From Octopus bimaculoides (Eukaryota), in contig NC_068981.1 of the NCBI RefSeq assembly GCF_001194135.2, forward strand, positions 31,903,010 to 31,966,921: 63,912 nucleotides of DNA. Direction: 5' to 3'. The notes beneath the pieces are model-generated. The model was not told the DNA's origin. It ran no database searches and worked only from the letters and a program-made list of their open reading frames with translations. This document shows, in pieces, positions 11,088 through 24,331 of the stretch (positions are counted from its first letter, which is position 1; each line of letters begins with the position of its first letter). A program made the translations under genes and the position numbers.

Positions 11088-13663
11088 NNNNNNNNNNNNN
11101 NNNNNNNNNNNNNNNNNNNNNNNNNNNNNNNNNNNNNNNNNNNNNNNNNNNNNNNNNNNNNNNNNNNNNNNNNNNNNNNNNNNNNNNNNNNNNNNNNNNN
11201 NNNNNNNNNNNNNNNNNNNNNNNNNNNNNNNNNNNNNNNNNNNNNNNNNNNNNNNNNNNNNNNNNNNNNNNNNNNNNNNNNNNNNNNNNNNNNNNNNNNN
11301 NNNNNNNNNNNNNNNNNNNNNNNNNNNNNNNNNNNNNNNNNNNNNNNNNNNNNNNNNNNNNNNNNNNNNNNNNNNNNNNNNNNNNNNNNNNNNNNNNNNN
11401 NNNNNNNNNNNNNNNNNNNNNNNNNNNNNNNNNNNNNNNNNNNNNNNNNNNNNNNNNNNNNNNNNNNNNNNNNNNNNNNNNNNNNNNNNNNNNNNNNNNN
11501 NNNNNNNNNNNNNNNNNNNNNNNNNNNNNNNNNNNNNNNNNNNNNNNNNNNNNNNNNNNNNNNNNNNNNNNNNNNNNNNNNNNNNNNNNNNNNNNNNNNN
11601 NNNNNNNNNNNNNNNNNNNNNNNNNNNNNNNNNNNNNNNNNNNNNNNNNNNNNNNNNNNNNNNNNNNNNNNNNNNNNNNNNNNNNNNNNNNNNNNNNNNN
11701 NNNNNNNNNATATGTCAACCGAGACATGATATAATGTTTTTCAAAGAGAACAATAGATACATAATGTTAATGTCCACCGCCCAAAGGCTTTCAAATAAAT
11801 AGCTTTGGAATTATCTGCATGGCACGTGCTCCTGCCAGAGTGGAATGGATAATGTCACATAAAATGTATCATGTAATATATATTCATATAGTATTTAGAG
11901 TACTCCAGATATGTACATTGTTTACTTAGGTAATCAACATTTTAAATGTATAACTGAATTATTTACATGATTCAGGTATCACATATTGTAAATTACCCTG
12001 TGCTATACTCATGTGTCTGCATGTGCGTGCTTGTTTGTCTGTGTGTGTTATCGCATGCTGTGTATGTTACATCAGTACTTCCGTTTGAGAGCGCATGCGT
12101 TGTGTGTGTATGAGGCCTGTAGATTCTACAGTATTTCATCTAAGGTGCCTAAGTAACTCTAAAGCAGATATAACCATCGTTTTGGCCCTCTTCTAAGTGA
12201 CCGACGGATAATTAAGTATGGCACAAATAGACAGACCAGGGCTGCGCTAGCAGGCGACTGGTACTGAATAAAAATATTGGATCCACATGTAATATGACTT
12301 CCACCNNNNNNNNNNNNNNNNNNNNNNNNNNNNNNNNNNNNNNNNNNNNNNNNNNNNNNNNNNNNNNNNNNNNNNNNNNNNNNNNNNNNNNNNNNNNNNN
12401 NNNNNNNNNNNNNNNNNNNNNNNNNNNNNNNNNNNNNNNNNNNNNNNNNNNNNNNNNNNNNNNNNNNNNNNNNNNNNNNNNNNNNNNNNNNNNNNNNNNN
12501 NNNNNNNNNNNNNNNNNNNNNNNNNNNNNNNNNNNNNNNNNNNNNNNNNNNNNNNNNNNNNNNNNNNNNNNNNNNNNNNNNNNNNNNNNNNNNNNNNNNN
12601 NNNNNNNNNNNNNNNNNNNNNNNNNNNNNNNNNNNNNNNNNNNNNNNNNNNNNNNNNNNNNNNNNNNNNNNNNNNNNNNNNNNNNNNNNNNNNNNNNNNN
12701 NNNNNNNNNNNNNNNNNNNNNNNNNNNNNNNNNNNNNNNNNNNNNNNNNNNNNNNNNNNNNNNNNNNNNNNNNNNNNNNNNNNNNNNNNNNNNNNNNNNN
12801 NNNNNNNNNNNNNNNNNNNNNNNNNNNNNNNNNNNNNNNNNNNNNNNNNNNNNNNNNNNNNNNNNNNNNNNNNNNNNNNNNNNNNNNNNNNNNNNNNNNN
12901 NNNNNNNNNNNNNNNNNNNNNNNNNNNNNNNNNNNNNNNNNNNNNNNNNNNNNNNNNNNNNNNNNNNNNNNNNNNNNNNNNNNNNNNNNNNNNNNNNNNN
13001 NNNNNNNNNNNNNNNNNNNNNNNNNNNNNNNNNNNNNNNNNNNNNNNNNNNNNNNNNNNNNNNNNNNNNNNNNNNNNNNNNNNNNNNNNNNNNNNNNNNN
13101 NNNNNNNNNNNNNNNNNNNNNNNNNNNNNNNNNNNNNNNNNNNNNNNNNNNNNNNNNNNNNNNNNNNNNNNNNNNNNNNNNNNNNNNNNNNNNNNNNNNN
13201 NNNNNNNNNNNNNNNNNNNNNNNNNNNNNNNNNNNNNNNNNNNNNNNNNNNNNNNNNNNNNNNNNNNNNNNNNNNNNNNNNNNNNNNNNNNNNTATATAT
13301 ACATAAATATATATATATATACAAGCATACCACATATTTTATTTAAAATCCTAGGTAGAGTAGTGGCATAAACGTCTAGGCCCTAAGGAACTCTTGTTAC
13401 TTAAATGATTCAATGTTATGTGTATCTGTTTTCATGCTTGCAAATGTGTGTATATACTTATGTTTGCCTGTAGCTACACATATACACCTACGTACATGTA
13501 TATATGTGTGTCTATGTGTGTGTGTGTGTGTTTGTCTGTTTGTATATATTTATACGTATGTATATATGGGTGTATACATATACATATGTATGTATGTATT
13601 TGTATGTGTATATATATATATATATATATATACAGAGAGAGGGAGACAAGGAGAGTGAGAGTG

Positions 13664-13694
<31 letters not shown>

Positions 13695-14521
13695 TAGAGA
13701 TAATTACGGAGGTATACAATGTGTATTCTTATATGTTTGCATGTATCTATTTATATTCGAATTTTATGTGATAGAAAATGCATTTCAACATAGAAATTAA
13801 TGACTTTCAAAGACTTTTAAGCATGCTACTAAATTCAGCAGTAGATCTAAAACAGGAGAGAAAATAACAAGGAAAACAATAAGTATTGCTCAAAGCTGTA
13901 GTTCTAGCCGCAAGGTAAAGTATGTTTTAATGGAAACGGAACTAGCTGCTAAATAATCGCTTCTTGTTGTTGCTTTGTAGCCTTCCTTTAATTTCAGCAA
14001 CCTAAAGTAAAAATAAAGATTTCGCTTCTAGCTAGCATTTACGGAAAACATTAGCCGTAAGCTATTTCTTTTATTCTATATCGTTCACTCTCTTTGTATC
14101 GTGTTGCATTCTTGTCGTCTTTTTAATTTCCTTACTTAAAATTGTAACCTGTAACTGTTTTCTAACAATACAATCAGATTATCTTTGCAGCAAATCTTCA
14201 AGTACATCATTATGTTGCTTTATGGATATTTTCAGAAATAACATTTACAAATAATCATGCGCTAGCGAGAATCTATTTCAAGCAGCATTTCTTTCTAGTA
14301 CAATACTAAACAGAGGTTTCCATTACTTGTATGAAAATATATATTCTGTTATCTACCGAATAATAAAACTAGTCTCTGCTTGTTTTTTATACATTTTATG
14401 GTGATGTAAATATTACTATACTTCAATTCATGTTAAAATAAGCTACATACAGATTATTCTTTACGGAAACTGGCAGGCATATATTTATGTAAGTGCCCTC
14501 AAACATATGCAGATATAAACA

Positions 14522-14562
<41 letters not shown>

Positions 14563-14670
14563 ATCTATCTATCTATCTATTTATCTATCTATCTATATAT
14601 ATATATATATATGTGCGTGTTTGTGTGTGTGTGTCTGTATACATATTTATGTATTTATATGTATATATAT

Positions 14671-15243
14671 GAGTGGCTGTGTGGTAACAANNNNNNNNNN
14701 NNNNNNNNNNNNNNNNNNNNNNNNNNNNNNNNNNNNNNNNNNNNNNNNNNNNNNNNNNNNNNNNNNNNNNNNNNNNNNNNNNNNNNNNNNNNNNNNNNNN
14801 NNNNNNNNNNNNNNNNNNNNNNNNNNNNNNNNNNNNNNNNNNNNNNNNNNNNNNNNNNNNNNNNNNNNNNNNNNNNNNNNNNNNNNNNNNNNNNNNNNNN
14901 NNNNNNNNNNNNNNNNNNNNNNNNNNNNNNNNNNNNNNNNNNNNNNNNNNNNNNNNNNNNNNNNNNNNNNNNNNNNNNNNNNNNNNNNNNNNNNNNNNNN
15001 NNNNNNNNNNNNNNNNNNNNNNNNNNNNNNNNNNNNNNNNNNNNNNNNNNNNNNNNNNNNNNNNNNNNNNNNNNNNNNNNNNNNNNNNNNNNNNNNNNNN
15101 NNNNNNNNNNNNNNNNNNNNNNNNNNNNNNNNNNNNNNNNNNNNNNNNNNNNNNNNNNNNNNNNNNNNNNNNNNNNNNNNNNNNNNNNNNNNNNNNNNNN
15201 NNNNNNNNNNNNNNNNNNGAAATAAGTAAAAGAGTAAAAGAGT
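14671..15243 (+). mobile_element. SINE family A spanning an assembly gap
   Basis: Head gagtggctgtgtggtaa before the gap and tail gaaataagtaaaagagtaaaagagta after it. Confidence 0.75.
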
Positions 15244-15299
15244 ATATATATATATATATACGCATGTCCATAGAGAAGAGAGAGAGAGAGAGAGACAGA

Positions 15300-15345
<46 letters not shown>

Positions 15346-15744
15346 TCTAGATACATACATCGATCGATTGATAGATAGATAGCTACGTACATAGACAGTA
15401 CGATCGATCAGTAGACAGAGAGAGAGACACACACAGACAGACAAAAGACCGACCGACCGACAGATAAACAGACAGACAGACAGACAGACAAATTAAAAAT
15501 TTGTGAACTTTTCAAAATATTTCTCCTGATGAAAGAAGCCGATTTTATGATATCTCTATTCGACTATTTACTGATTGCATGCCTATGTTATTTTGTACAT
15601 TATATTTGGTACTTGTAAACAATACGATTATTACGTAATTCCAAATTTCAAGAAACAGTTGTCGAGTTAAAATACTATGCATTCTCTCTTGATTATACAG
15701 TATTTTTCATGCTCTATGCAAATATATGTCTGTCTATATAAATA

Positions 15745-16478
15745 TCTATATGCCTTAATTTCACTATCTGTGTGTATTGGCATATCTCAGTATATGGTTG
15801 CTTTATCGTTTTCTGTGACCTTTTTTGGAGTGTGCCTATACCATCTTTTTTCTGTTGTTATTCCATAGTGTTGGCATAGCTTCCAGTGTATGTAAATCCC
15901 AGCTCTGATGTGTCTTTGAATATATTCCTTCTTAGACAGGAGTGGGCAGCCAGAGATATGATTTATTGTTTCTTGTCTGTCACCACATATTCTACAGTTA
16001 CTTGTTATGTTTCTTTTCATTATATGTTTTTGGTAATTTCCGGTGGGGAGGCTTTGGTCTTGTGCAGCAATTAAAAATCCTTCAGTCTCTGCTTTGAGTC
16101 CTGAGCTTCTCAACCATTGCTGGGGTTTTTCTCTGTCTATTTCTTTTGCATTTAGTTTAGTCCCGTATTTGCCATGAAGGGGCTTTTCTCGCCATCATTT
16201 TATCATGGTCCGTTGCTATTCTAGTTTTAGTTTGGATTTCATTTGTTTTATAGCTTTTGTTGTTTCTTATTCTTCATATTTGTTAGGTAGTATGATTTCT
16301 TGTTTGTATTAGTCAGCTTCCTAAAAACAGTCTTTTTTTTTGTTTTACTCGTGCTTTGTGGCTATTTGTATTAGTTTTCCTTGCTTCTGAAGTAGGTATT
16401 TTTGCAGTCCTATGGTGGTTATTTTATAATAGTTTTCCAGCTGTATAAGGCCTCTACCACCTTCTGAACGTTGCATAT
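15745..16478 (-). mobile_element. R4/Dong-like non-LTR retrotransposon fragment (post-RT region, CCHC-type zinc knuckle, start of REL endonuclease), decayed
   Basis: QRSEGGRGL, LKAETEGFLIAAQDQ, CRICG..ETINHI.GC..L..KEY..RH, then ATIY*DMPIHTD.EIKA. Confidence 0.9.
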
Positions 16479-17149
16479 AATATAATAATAATAATTATTA
16501 TTATTATTATTATATTGGTTGCATAACCAAAAGATGCATTTAAAATGTTTACCTCGTTGTTGTCTACTTACCAGCAGGTGTTGGCTTAGTTGACCGAATC
16601 TTCGAAGTCACTGTCAATACTATTCTTGTTAAATAATAATAAATTTCTACTCAAATAAACGAGTCGAGTAATCCTCAATCTTAATGTACATTTGTTTTTA
16701 TTATAACATAAAAACAAATATTAATCTTTGTGAGTGTGTATGTATGTGCGTTCGTGAAAACGCATTATATTTAGTGTATAACATATCAATCCCTGTTCCA
16801 TCTGTTTATGTCGAAATCTTTTGTTAGTCATTGATATAAAAGTGATGGATAAAACAGGTGCCAGACATGAATGAATACTGGTGGATGATCATTGAATACT
16901 ACCATTGAGAGTAATAACTAAACATAATCACAACTTATCAACTGAAACTATTAAAGTAATAAAAGGATTACTATGCCACAAATCAAAACTTGGTTAATGT
17001 TAGCATATGTTAATTTCTTTTCAAGCCTTCGATTAACGTTTGTTGGGTCTCATTAGGTTATGACAATTTCTTTTGCTCAAGTACTTTTGATGGTAATTTC
17101 TTCGAATACTGCGTTCATGACTGCAAAATTGTGCTTTTGATACCTGAAC

Positions 17150-17295
17150 CGGGCGGTGTACTTCAGCAAAACACAATTATGTTTTTATTTTGCTACACTC
17201 CACTCAGGTGTAAATAAGTTAGCCTCCGACGGATTAGTACCACATTCTTAGGGTTGGGTCGCTCATTTATATGTCATGGAAACTAGTTAAAACTC
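17150..17295 (+). mobile_element. SINE family C, degraded
   Basis: ccactcaggtgtaaat...cgacggattagtacc aligns with the reverse complement of 50470-50570. Confidence 0.55.
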
Positions 17296-18207
17296 CCTAC
17301 GAGTTCCTGGGCTGAAGAATCAAAGCATATATTTGACGGCAACTGTTTGAACCCACATTTTTACAACTAAGGTAATATGATTTTTAAAGAGTCCGAATAT
17401 TACAATTGGGGTAACTTGATTGAGAATGTTTTTAATGGACATAATGAATACTATTTTCCTTTTCTGCAACATCTTGTTTAGTCTCTCTAAAGGGTAAATC
17501 ACAGTACAAAAGATGTCGTGTACTGATAAGACCTCTCTGCTTTTCCCATTTGTCTTCCTCAGTTAATAAGTCAGCGTCGGTTGTAGCTAGAAATAGAAAA
17601 ATGAACACATTTGCCCTATAAATCTGATATAAGATTTCTTAAATGGATTCTTCAATGTTAAAGAGATTTAGTCCTCCTCTTAGAGAACCTAATTAAAGTT
17701 ATTACATTCGTGCGTCGATAATTTTCATATATATATTGTTTTGTTGAACTTCTTGTGAAACATAATTGTGCAAACAGGAAGGCAAATGTGTCCCAACCAA
17801 GACTATTCTATATTATATTTATGATTAGTTTGTTTAACGTGCTTTCAAGTTTTAATACGAAAAGTAGTGATAGCAAAGAGATTCTGATACAATTTAGTAA
17901 GCTGACCACTCGTGCAAAAGCTCCCTTATTGACTCGATTGAGCTTTGTCTGACTTTAACATTGTATTAATCAAAATAAACGCATTAGCTTGTATTATATC
18001 ACGAAGTCACGTTGACCATCACTTACCAAATTCTGGTTATAGGTCATCACTGTAATTCTCCAAAACTTTTGGCGTCGTGCTTTTATGTCCTATTATTTAG
18101 AAATGTATCACATTCATACCTCTGTTTTGCACTTTGCATTTGTCTATAACATGTCCAGTTTCTGTTAATCCTATGTGTTAATTCAAATCCATATTTTTTT
18201 TTTATAG

Positions 18208-18238
18208 TTCTCCACGTCATTCCCAGTATAAATTGGCC
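18208..18238 (+). CDS. Candidate 31-nt micro-exon
   Basis: Strong acceptor (attttttttttatag) and GTAAGT donor at 18239; open frames SPRHSQYKLA or LHVIPSINW. Confidence 0.25.
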
Positions 18239-18366
18239 GTAAGTATACGGAGCTGTCCTAAGTATATTTCATAGTTTATTTGTCGTGACCATGGTCATAA
18301 AGACGAATGACTATTTGGGAAAATCAATTGATTGGAAACACGTCTGTTAAAGCTAACATCCTACGT

Positions 18367-18494
18367 AAAATCATCAACCTGATATGACGTGAAATATATA
18401 TTTCCATGAATGGTAGCAGTATTCATAAGCATTAAGATTTGTAGGCATTGTCTCTACTTTGGGGATACTGAATTGACAGAAATAATAAAAAATT
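18367..18494 (+). repeat. Unclassified dispersed repeat of about 125 bp (second copy 23622-23746)
   Basis: gatatgac.tga.atata...catgaatgg..gcag.attcataagcatta..atttgta.gcatt.tctctactt shared between the two sites. Confidence 0.8.
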
Positions 18495-18561
18495 ACATGA
18501 ACTGAAATTTATTTTCTGTTATGTCTCAACGCTACTGCTATCTAGCACCTTCGAATGATCT

Positions 18562-18647
18562 CTACTCAACTGCTACCTAACTGCTACTCGACTGCTACTC
18601 GACTGCTACCTAACTGCTACTCGACTGCTACTCAACTTCTACTCAAC
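18562..18647. repeat. 11-bp minisatellite (CTACTCRACTG / CTACCTAACTG), about 8 units
   Basis: Direct reading. Confidence 0.9.
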
Positions 18648-19746
18648 ACTCTACCACAGCTAGACTACTTCTATTTATATGTCTTGGGAGATCCTACTTC
18701 TTCACCTTGGGTCGTCGACACAACAGTCTCTCATCGGAGTAAGGAATTAAAATGCTAGTGGAAACAATTTAGCTACTCTCTAGAAAATGGGTGAGAATTT
18801 CAAGCACTTAAAAATTTCTTAAGGGGACATACATCATTGTTAGCTAAGAAGACCATATCTAAGAAGTTATTTTGAACATATTCGACCTAATTAATGAGGT
18901 GTGGTCTTCGGAAATATGCTTTGCTCACTGGGGAGAGATGTTTACAAGTATGATGAGGTATAATGAATTTTGGACATAATAATTTCCATTTTTATAAAAA
19001 GCGAACTAAGGAGAAACAACTGGAACATACCAACAGAATGAAGTTAGATAACGTCAAACATTTCCTCTCACCAAGAAAATATATTTCTTCTGGGAAACAA
19101 CTATTTGGCATGTTTATTCTTAATACATTCCGGCAGGTTGAAACGCATATATGCTAGTCGCTCTTGTAAATGTCATAGAAAAGCTCTTTAACAACGGGAG
19201 TATGCTCATAACATACACGACTTTTTGGCGCAAGGTATTCTAGTACACCGGTATGTTGATATATATTTCGTATAATGTTAAGAAATACAATATACTTCAG
19301 AAACTAAATCGCACCAATTGGCACAACGTGAGCGACAGATATGTATTTTTCCGATTGACGGCTTCTTAATCTCAGGTACTCGTGCCATATTCGAATCGAA
19401 ATCGAATCAGCTGCTTGTATTGCATAATTGGAAGTTTACTCTGCTTATACGGAATCTATGATAACCAGTCTATTGTTTATACACTAACACTGTATACTTC
19501 AGTCAAGGTGATTCATTCTCGTTTCGAAAATATCTTGAGTACGTGATATTGATAGACCGCAAACATAACGAAACGCGTATCTGTCACTCTCGTAGCAACA
19601 TCTGAGATGATTTCTTTCTTCTGAACTCCAAATCATATTGTGTTCTTTTAACACAATAGATGTATACAGGGATTTTCCTGGACAAAAACCACAACCTCTG
19701 TCTCTTAAATACAGATAAGTTAAGTGCTATCATTTTGAAGTTTATA

Positions 19747-19912
19747 TAGGCGCAGTGGTGTGTGGTAAGTAGCTTGCTTACCAACCACATGATTCCGGGT
19801 TCAGTCCCACTGCGTGGTACCTTGGGTAAGTGTCTTCTACTATAGCCTCGGGCTGACCAAAACCTTGGGAGTGAATTTGGTAGACGGAAACTGAAAGAAG
19901 CCCTTCATATAT
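19747..19912 (+). mobile_element. SINE family A 5' half (tRNA-derived head plus CORE-like segment), runs into gap
   Basis: A-box-like tggtgtgtgg, B-box gggttcagtccc, accttgggtaagtgtc, ends in (TA)n at the gap. Confidence 0.92.
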
Positions 19913-20245
19913 ANNNNNNNNNNNNNNNNNNNNNNNNNNNNNNNNNNNNNNNNNNNNNNNNNNNNNNNNNNNNNNNNNNNNNNNNNNNNNNNNNNNNNNN
20001 NNNNNNNNNNNNNNNNNNNNNNNNNNNNNNNNNNNNNNNNNNNNNNNNNNNNNNNNNNNNNNNNNNNNNNNNNNNNNNNNNNNNNNNNNNNNNNNNNNNN
20101 NNNNNNNNNNNNNNNNNNNNNNNNNNNNNNNNNNNNNNNNNNNNNNNNNNNNNNNNNNNNNNNNNNNNNNNNNNNNNNNNNNNNNNNNNNNNNNNNNNNN
20201 NNNNNNNNNNNNNNNNNNNNNNNNNNNNNNNNNNNATATATATAT

Positions 20246-20298
<53 letters not shown>

Positions 20299-20372
20299 CA
20301 TACATACATACATATATCAGTTTTCATGTGTTATTCCTGCGTATACAGACACATACGCACATACACACAGAT

Positions 20373-20420
<48 letters not shown>

Positions 20421-22319
20421 ACGTATATTTATGCATGTATGCATTTGCATGTATATACGTATATATATCACAAAATATAATATAAACATATAGGAATGCC
20501 TTTAATGATGCACTTTTCCGATTATCTTTTATATTAGTAGATGCATGAGCACATTATATGTTGATAATATGTGTTCTTCTTTTACCGGATATGGAATCAG
20601 AAATGTCATGTACAATAACATTTTTATTTATGAGATATCTTCAAATTTTAAATAAACAAACACACATACATACACGTACGTATATGATATAGGTATATGT
20701 AAATGTGTGCATATGTATGTATATATGGCTATATCTATATATGTGTGTGTACGCGTAAATAGTTGTGCATATCTGTGTGTATGTGTGGCTTTCTGAGTAG
20801 TTGTGTCTGTGCGCAGGTGTGTCTATACGTGTTGTTAAAATATGCAAATGGCCATACTAGCTGTACCTTAGAATTAAATTTATACCTTATTTCGAGAATA
20901 CATGAATATAGGCGATTGCAAACGCACAGATAGACATGCACATACACACACATTTAGATACTCGAAAATACACATATCGACATACAGTTATATAGAAAGC
21001 GGGGCAGTGAGGCAGTTAAGTAGTGAGGTTGAATGTGATGGAGGTGTCACAGAAAAAGCAATATAGATATGCAGAAGGAAGACAGGCAGAATGTTTATCT
21101 TGACTTCATTTCGTTTTCGAATCTCTGTTAAGCCCTTACACGTCTAATTCTTACGTCTTTTGAAACTCGCATTCTCATTCTCATTGTATGCTTCCTTCTT
21201 TGTATCGATTCTCTCTTTATCTCTCTTATTTTCACTGTATTAATAGCGGTTTAGATAGATGTGAAAGGTAGCCTAAAGTAGAGGAAAGAAGAAAAAACAA
21301 CAATCTTGATATAAAAGACAAAAGAACGAATACTTGCTGGAATTCTCGCCGGCAACCTGAAACTTTCTGCGAACTATTATGTATATTATGCTATTACATT
21401 TATATGTATGTCAAAAGATATTTATCTCTCAGTTTTTGAAAGGATACTGAAAAGTTATGTAATCAATGCTAAAGGTCTAACCCAAAGGTAAAACTAGGTT
21501 TAATTATCACACATACAATTCCGTTTATCTTTTACATCGCAGAAAATATTGAAAATATAATGAAAGTAGAGTGGGCCGTATGATAGAAATTATAATAGGA
21601 AACACACATACAAAAAAACAATAACCACTGTAAAATCAACTGCAGTAGCAGCATAGCAACAACAAAACTTATATGGGACTGCATCCACAGGCCAATATTG
21701 TTACATTTTAGTTTAGCATAGAATGAAAATGACAAAGACAAAGCCAAAGACGAAGATAATAGAGAATGAAATGACTCAATTGAATAGAAGCCATCATCAT
21801 TGAAGAATTTACATTTACAGACGAAAGATAGATGAATTAAAACTTCACCGTTAGGAACGTATCCGAAAATAGAAATATGAAAAATAAAAGAACAGACATA
21901 AGATTGAATAAGTAATGAAACAATTGACGTTTATATTACCAATGCGTTTCATGGACTATAACCTAGAGCACACGTAGTCTCCGAAAATAATAGTGAAGCA
22001 CTGTGTTAACTGTGATGGTTTCACGAGAGAGATAGATTGGAAAAATGTCGGTGCTGACAATAACACCGATATATTTCAAAGCAAAATTTTGTAAAAGGGA
22101 TAATACGACTTGTTTGAACAAAACTAAAGAACAAATCCCAATTCAAAGACTTTAGCGAAAAGGATTAAAACAGCAACCCCCAAAAATTATGTAGTCGCGT
22201 TTCAGAATCATATACAGATACATAAACACTCACAAACTCACACATGCATACATATGCACGTACATACATGTATATATATACATGTGTGTGTGTGTGTGTG
22301 TGTGTCTGTGTGTGCGTGC

Positions 22320-22358
<39 letters not shown>

Positions 22359-22359
22359 G

Positions 22360-22490
22360 ATTGACCGTTGACTGAACACTATTCAATTTTTTTTCTCCGT
22401 GTTTTTTCTCCTTGTCTCCGTATTCTTTCTGTTGAAGAGCGTAGCTCGAAACGTCAAAGACTTTCCGTATTCCCGAGCGTCATACTAATA
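22360..22490 (+). mobile_element. Repeat unit carrying a minimal hammerhead-like motif (copy 1)
   Basis: UCUUU-CUGUUGAA-GAGC GUA GCUC-GAAAC-GUC-AAAGA at 22424-22460; homologous to 38410-38580. Confidence 0.7.
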
Positions 22491-23286
22491 NNNNNNNNNN
22501 NNNNNNNNNNNNNNNNNNNNNNNNNNNNNNNNNNNNNNNNNNNNNNNNNNNNNNNNNNNNNNNNNNNNNNNNNNNNNNNNNNNNNNNNNNNNNNNNNNNN
22601 NNNNNNNNNNNNNNNNNNNNNNNNNNNNNNNNNNNNNNNNNNNNNNNNNNNNNNNNNNNNNNNNNNNNNNNNNNNNNNNNNNNNNNNNNNNNNNNNNNNN
22701 NNNNNNNNNNNNNNNNNNNNNNNNNNNNNNNNNNNNNNNNNNNNNNNNNNNNNNNNNNNNNNNNNNNNNNNNNNNNNNNNNNNNNNNNNNNNNNNNNNNN
22801 NNNNNNNNNNNNNNNNNNNNNNNNNNNNNNNNNNNNNNNNNNNNNNNNNNNNNNNNNNNNNNNNNNNNNNNNNNNNNNNNNNNNNNNNNNNNNNNNNNNN
22901 NNNNNNNNNNNNNNNNNNNNNNNNNNNNNNNNNNNNNNNNNNNNNNNNNNNNNNNNNNNNNNNNNNNNNNNNNNNNNNNNNNNNNNNNNNNNNNNNNNNN
23001 NNNNNNNNNNNNNNNNNNNNNNNNNNNNNNNNNNNNNNNNNNNNNNNNNNNNNNNNNNNNNNNNNNNNNNNNNNNNNNNNNNNNNNNNNNNNNNNNNNNN
23101 NNNNNNNNNNNNNNNNNNNNNNNNNNNNNNNNNNNNNNNNNNNNNNNNNNNNNNNNNNNNNNNNNNNNNNNNNNNNNNNNNNNNNNNNNNNNNNNNNNNN
23201 NNNNNNNNNNNNNNNNNNNNNNNNNNNNNNNNNNNNNNNNNNNNNNNNNNNNNNNNNNNNGTGTGTGTGTGTCTGTGTGTGCGTGC

Positions 23287-23321
<35 letters not shown>

Positions 23322-23621
23322 ATGTTTTTTGTTTCTAGAAATATACTCTAACTTGAGTTTAACATATTTTTACCAACATGAGATTGTATGATGGCTATAT
23401 TACCTAAATCATGAATGCCGTTAATCATTTTAAAATGATACACCCAGTACAAATGTAGTAACGAATGTTTTGATGTGTTATATTGCTAAAACTATTCATT
23501 TATTAAGGAGCTATTCACATCCGTGATAAAATACTTAAAATTCATCCTACTTTTAAAAGATACTTAAATCATGGAATTAATAAAAAAAATATTACGTATC
23601 ATCATGGATTATATGCAAAAC

Positions 23622-23746
23622 AAAATTATCATTCAGATATGACATGAGATATACATCTTCATGAATGGAGGCAGCATTCATAAGCATTAGCATTTGTAAG
23701 CATTCTCTCTACTTCAAGATACTCAATAGACAGAAAGAAAAATTAA
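23622..23746 (+). repeat. Unclassified dispersed repeat (second copy of 18367-18494)
   Basis: Alignment by eye, see first copy. Confidence 0.8.
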
Positions 23747-24117
23747 GATTCCCAAACATCAAGGTATATTTGCATAATCTCTTCCTAATCATATTAGTAT
23801 TACGTTCTTTTCTTACGTCATGAAAGGAAAATATTATCTATAGAAACTTAGTGGTTATCGACTGAATATGTATTGCTAAAGCAATGCGTCATCAGCTGAT
23901 TAGAAATTTGTCTTCAAATAAAAATGTTTTAAGTATTTTTATGATGATCTTAATGCATCCATGCCCGCCAAAATCCGTGACCACTACTGTCTGATGATTA
24001 AATGCCCAGTACATAAACACATAAAATTTACTAAGACAGGTTTATATAATTTATTTTTAATTGATTTAATTCTTTGGAGATCTCTTGCAAGAATTTTATT
24101 CTATGTTGACAATGTTT

Positions 24118-24331
24118 CCTATGTTGAAAAGTTCCTCGATTTGGGTAAAAGAAAACACAGAAGGATCAGTTAATCATTATTTTATTCAAAATGTTCTCCT
24201 CTCAGATTCACAAACTTATTGTACCAATTCATGATATTTTCAAGGCCCTGTGAAAGAACTCGGAAGATTGGGCTTCCAACCAGGCCTTTCGCTATAACCT
24301 TAAAGCCAAGAACATTTCAGTACTCGCTCGT
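24118..24331 (-). mobile_element. Mariner-derived MITE, degraded copy
   Basis: Colinear with 60570-60784 (gggtaaaagaaaa...cagattcaca.acttattg...gccctgt.aaagaactcggaag). Confidence 0.8.

Noticed and set aside
10999-15444. Long ORFs (200-390 aa) in the ORF track
   Set aside because: Almost entirely X from N gaps plus YI/CV dinucleotide-repeat translations; the same applies at 22-23, 30-31, 38-39, 54 and 61 kb
19747-19820. tRNA-like A and B boxes
   Set aside because: SINE heads without a full cloverleaf; not tRNA genes
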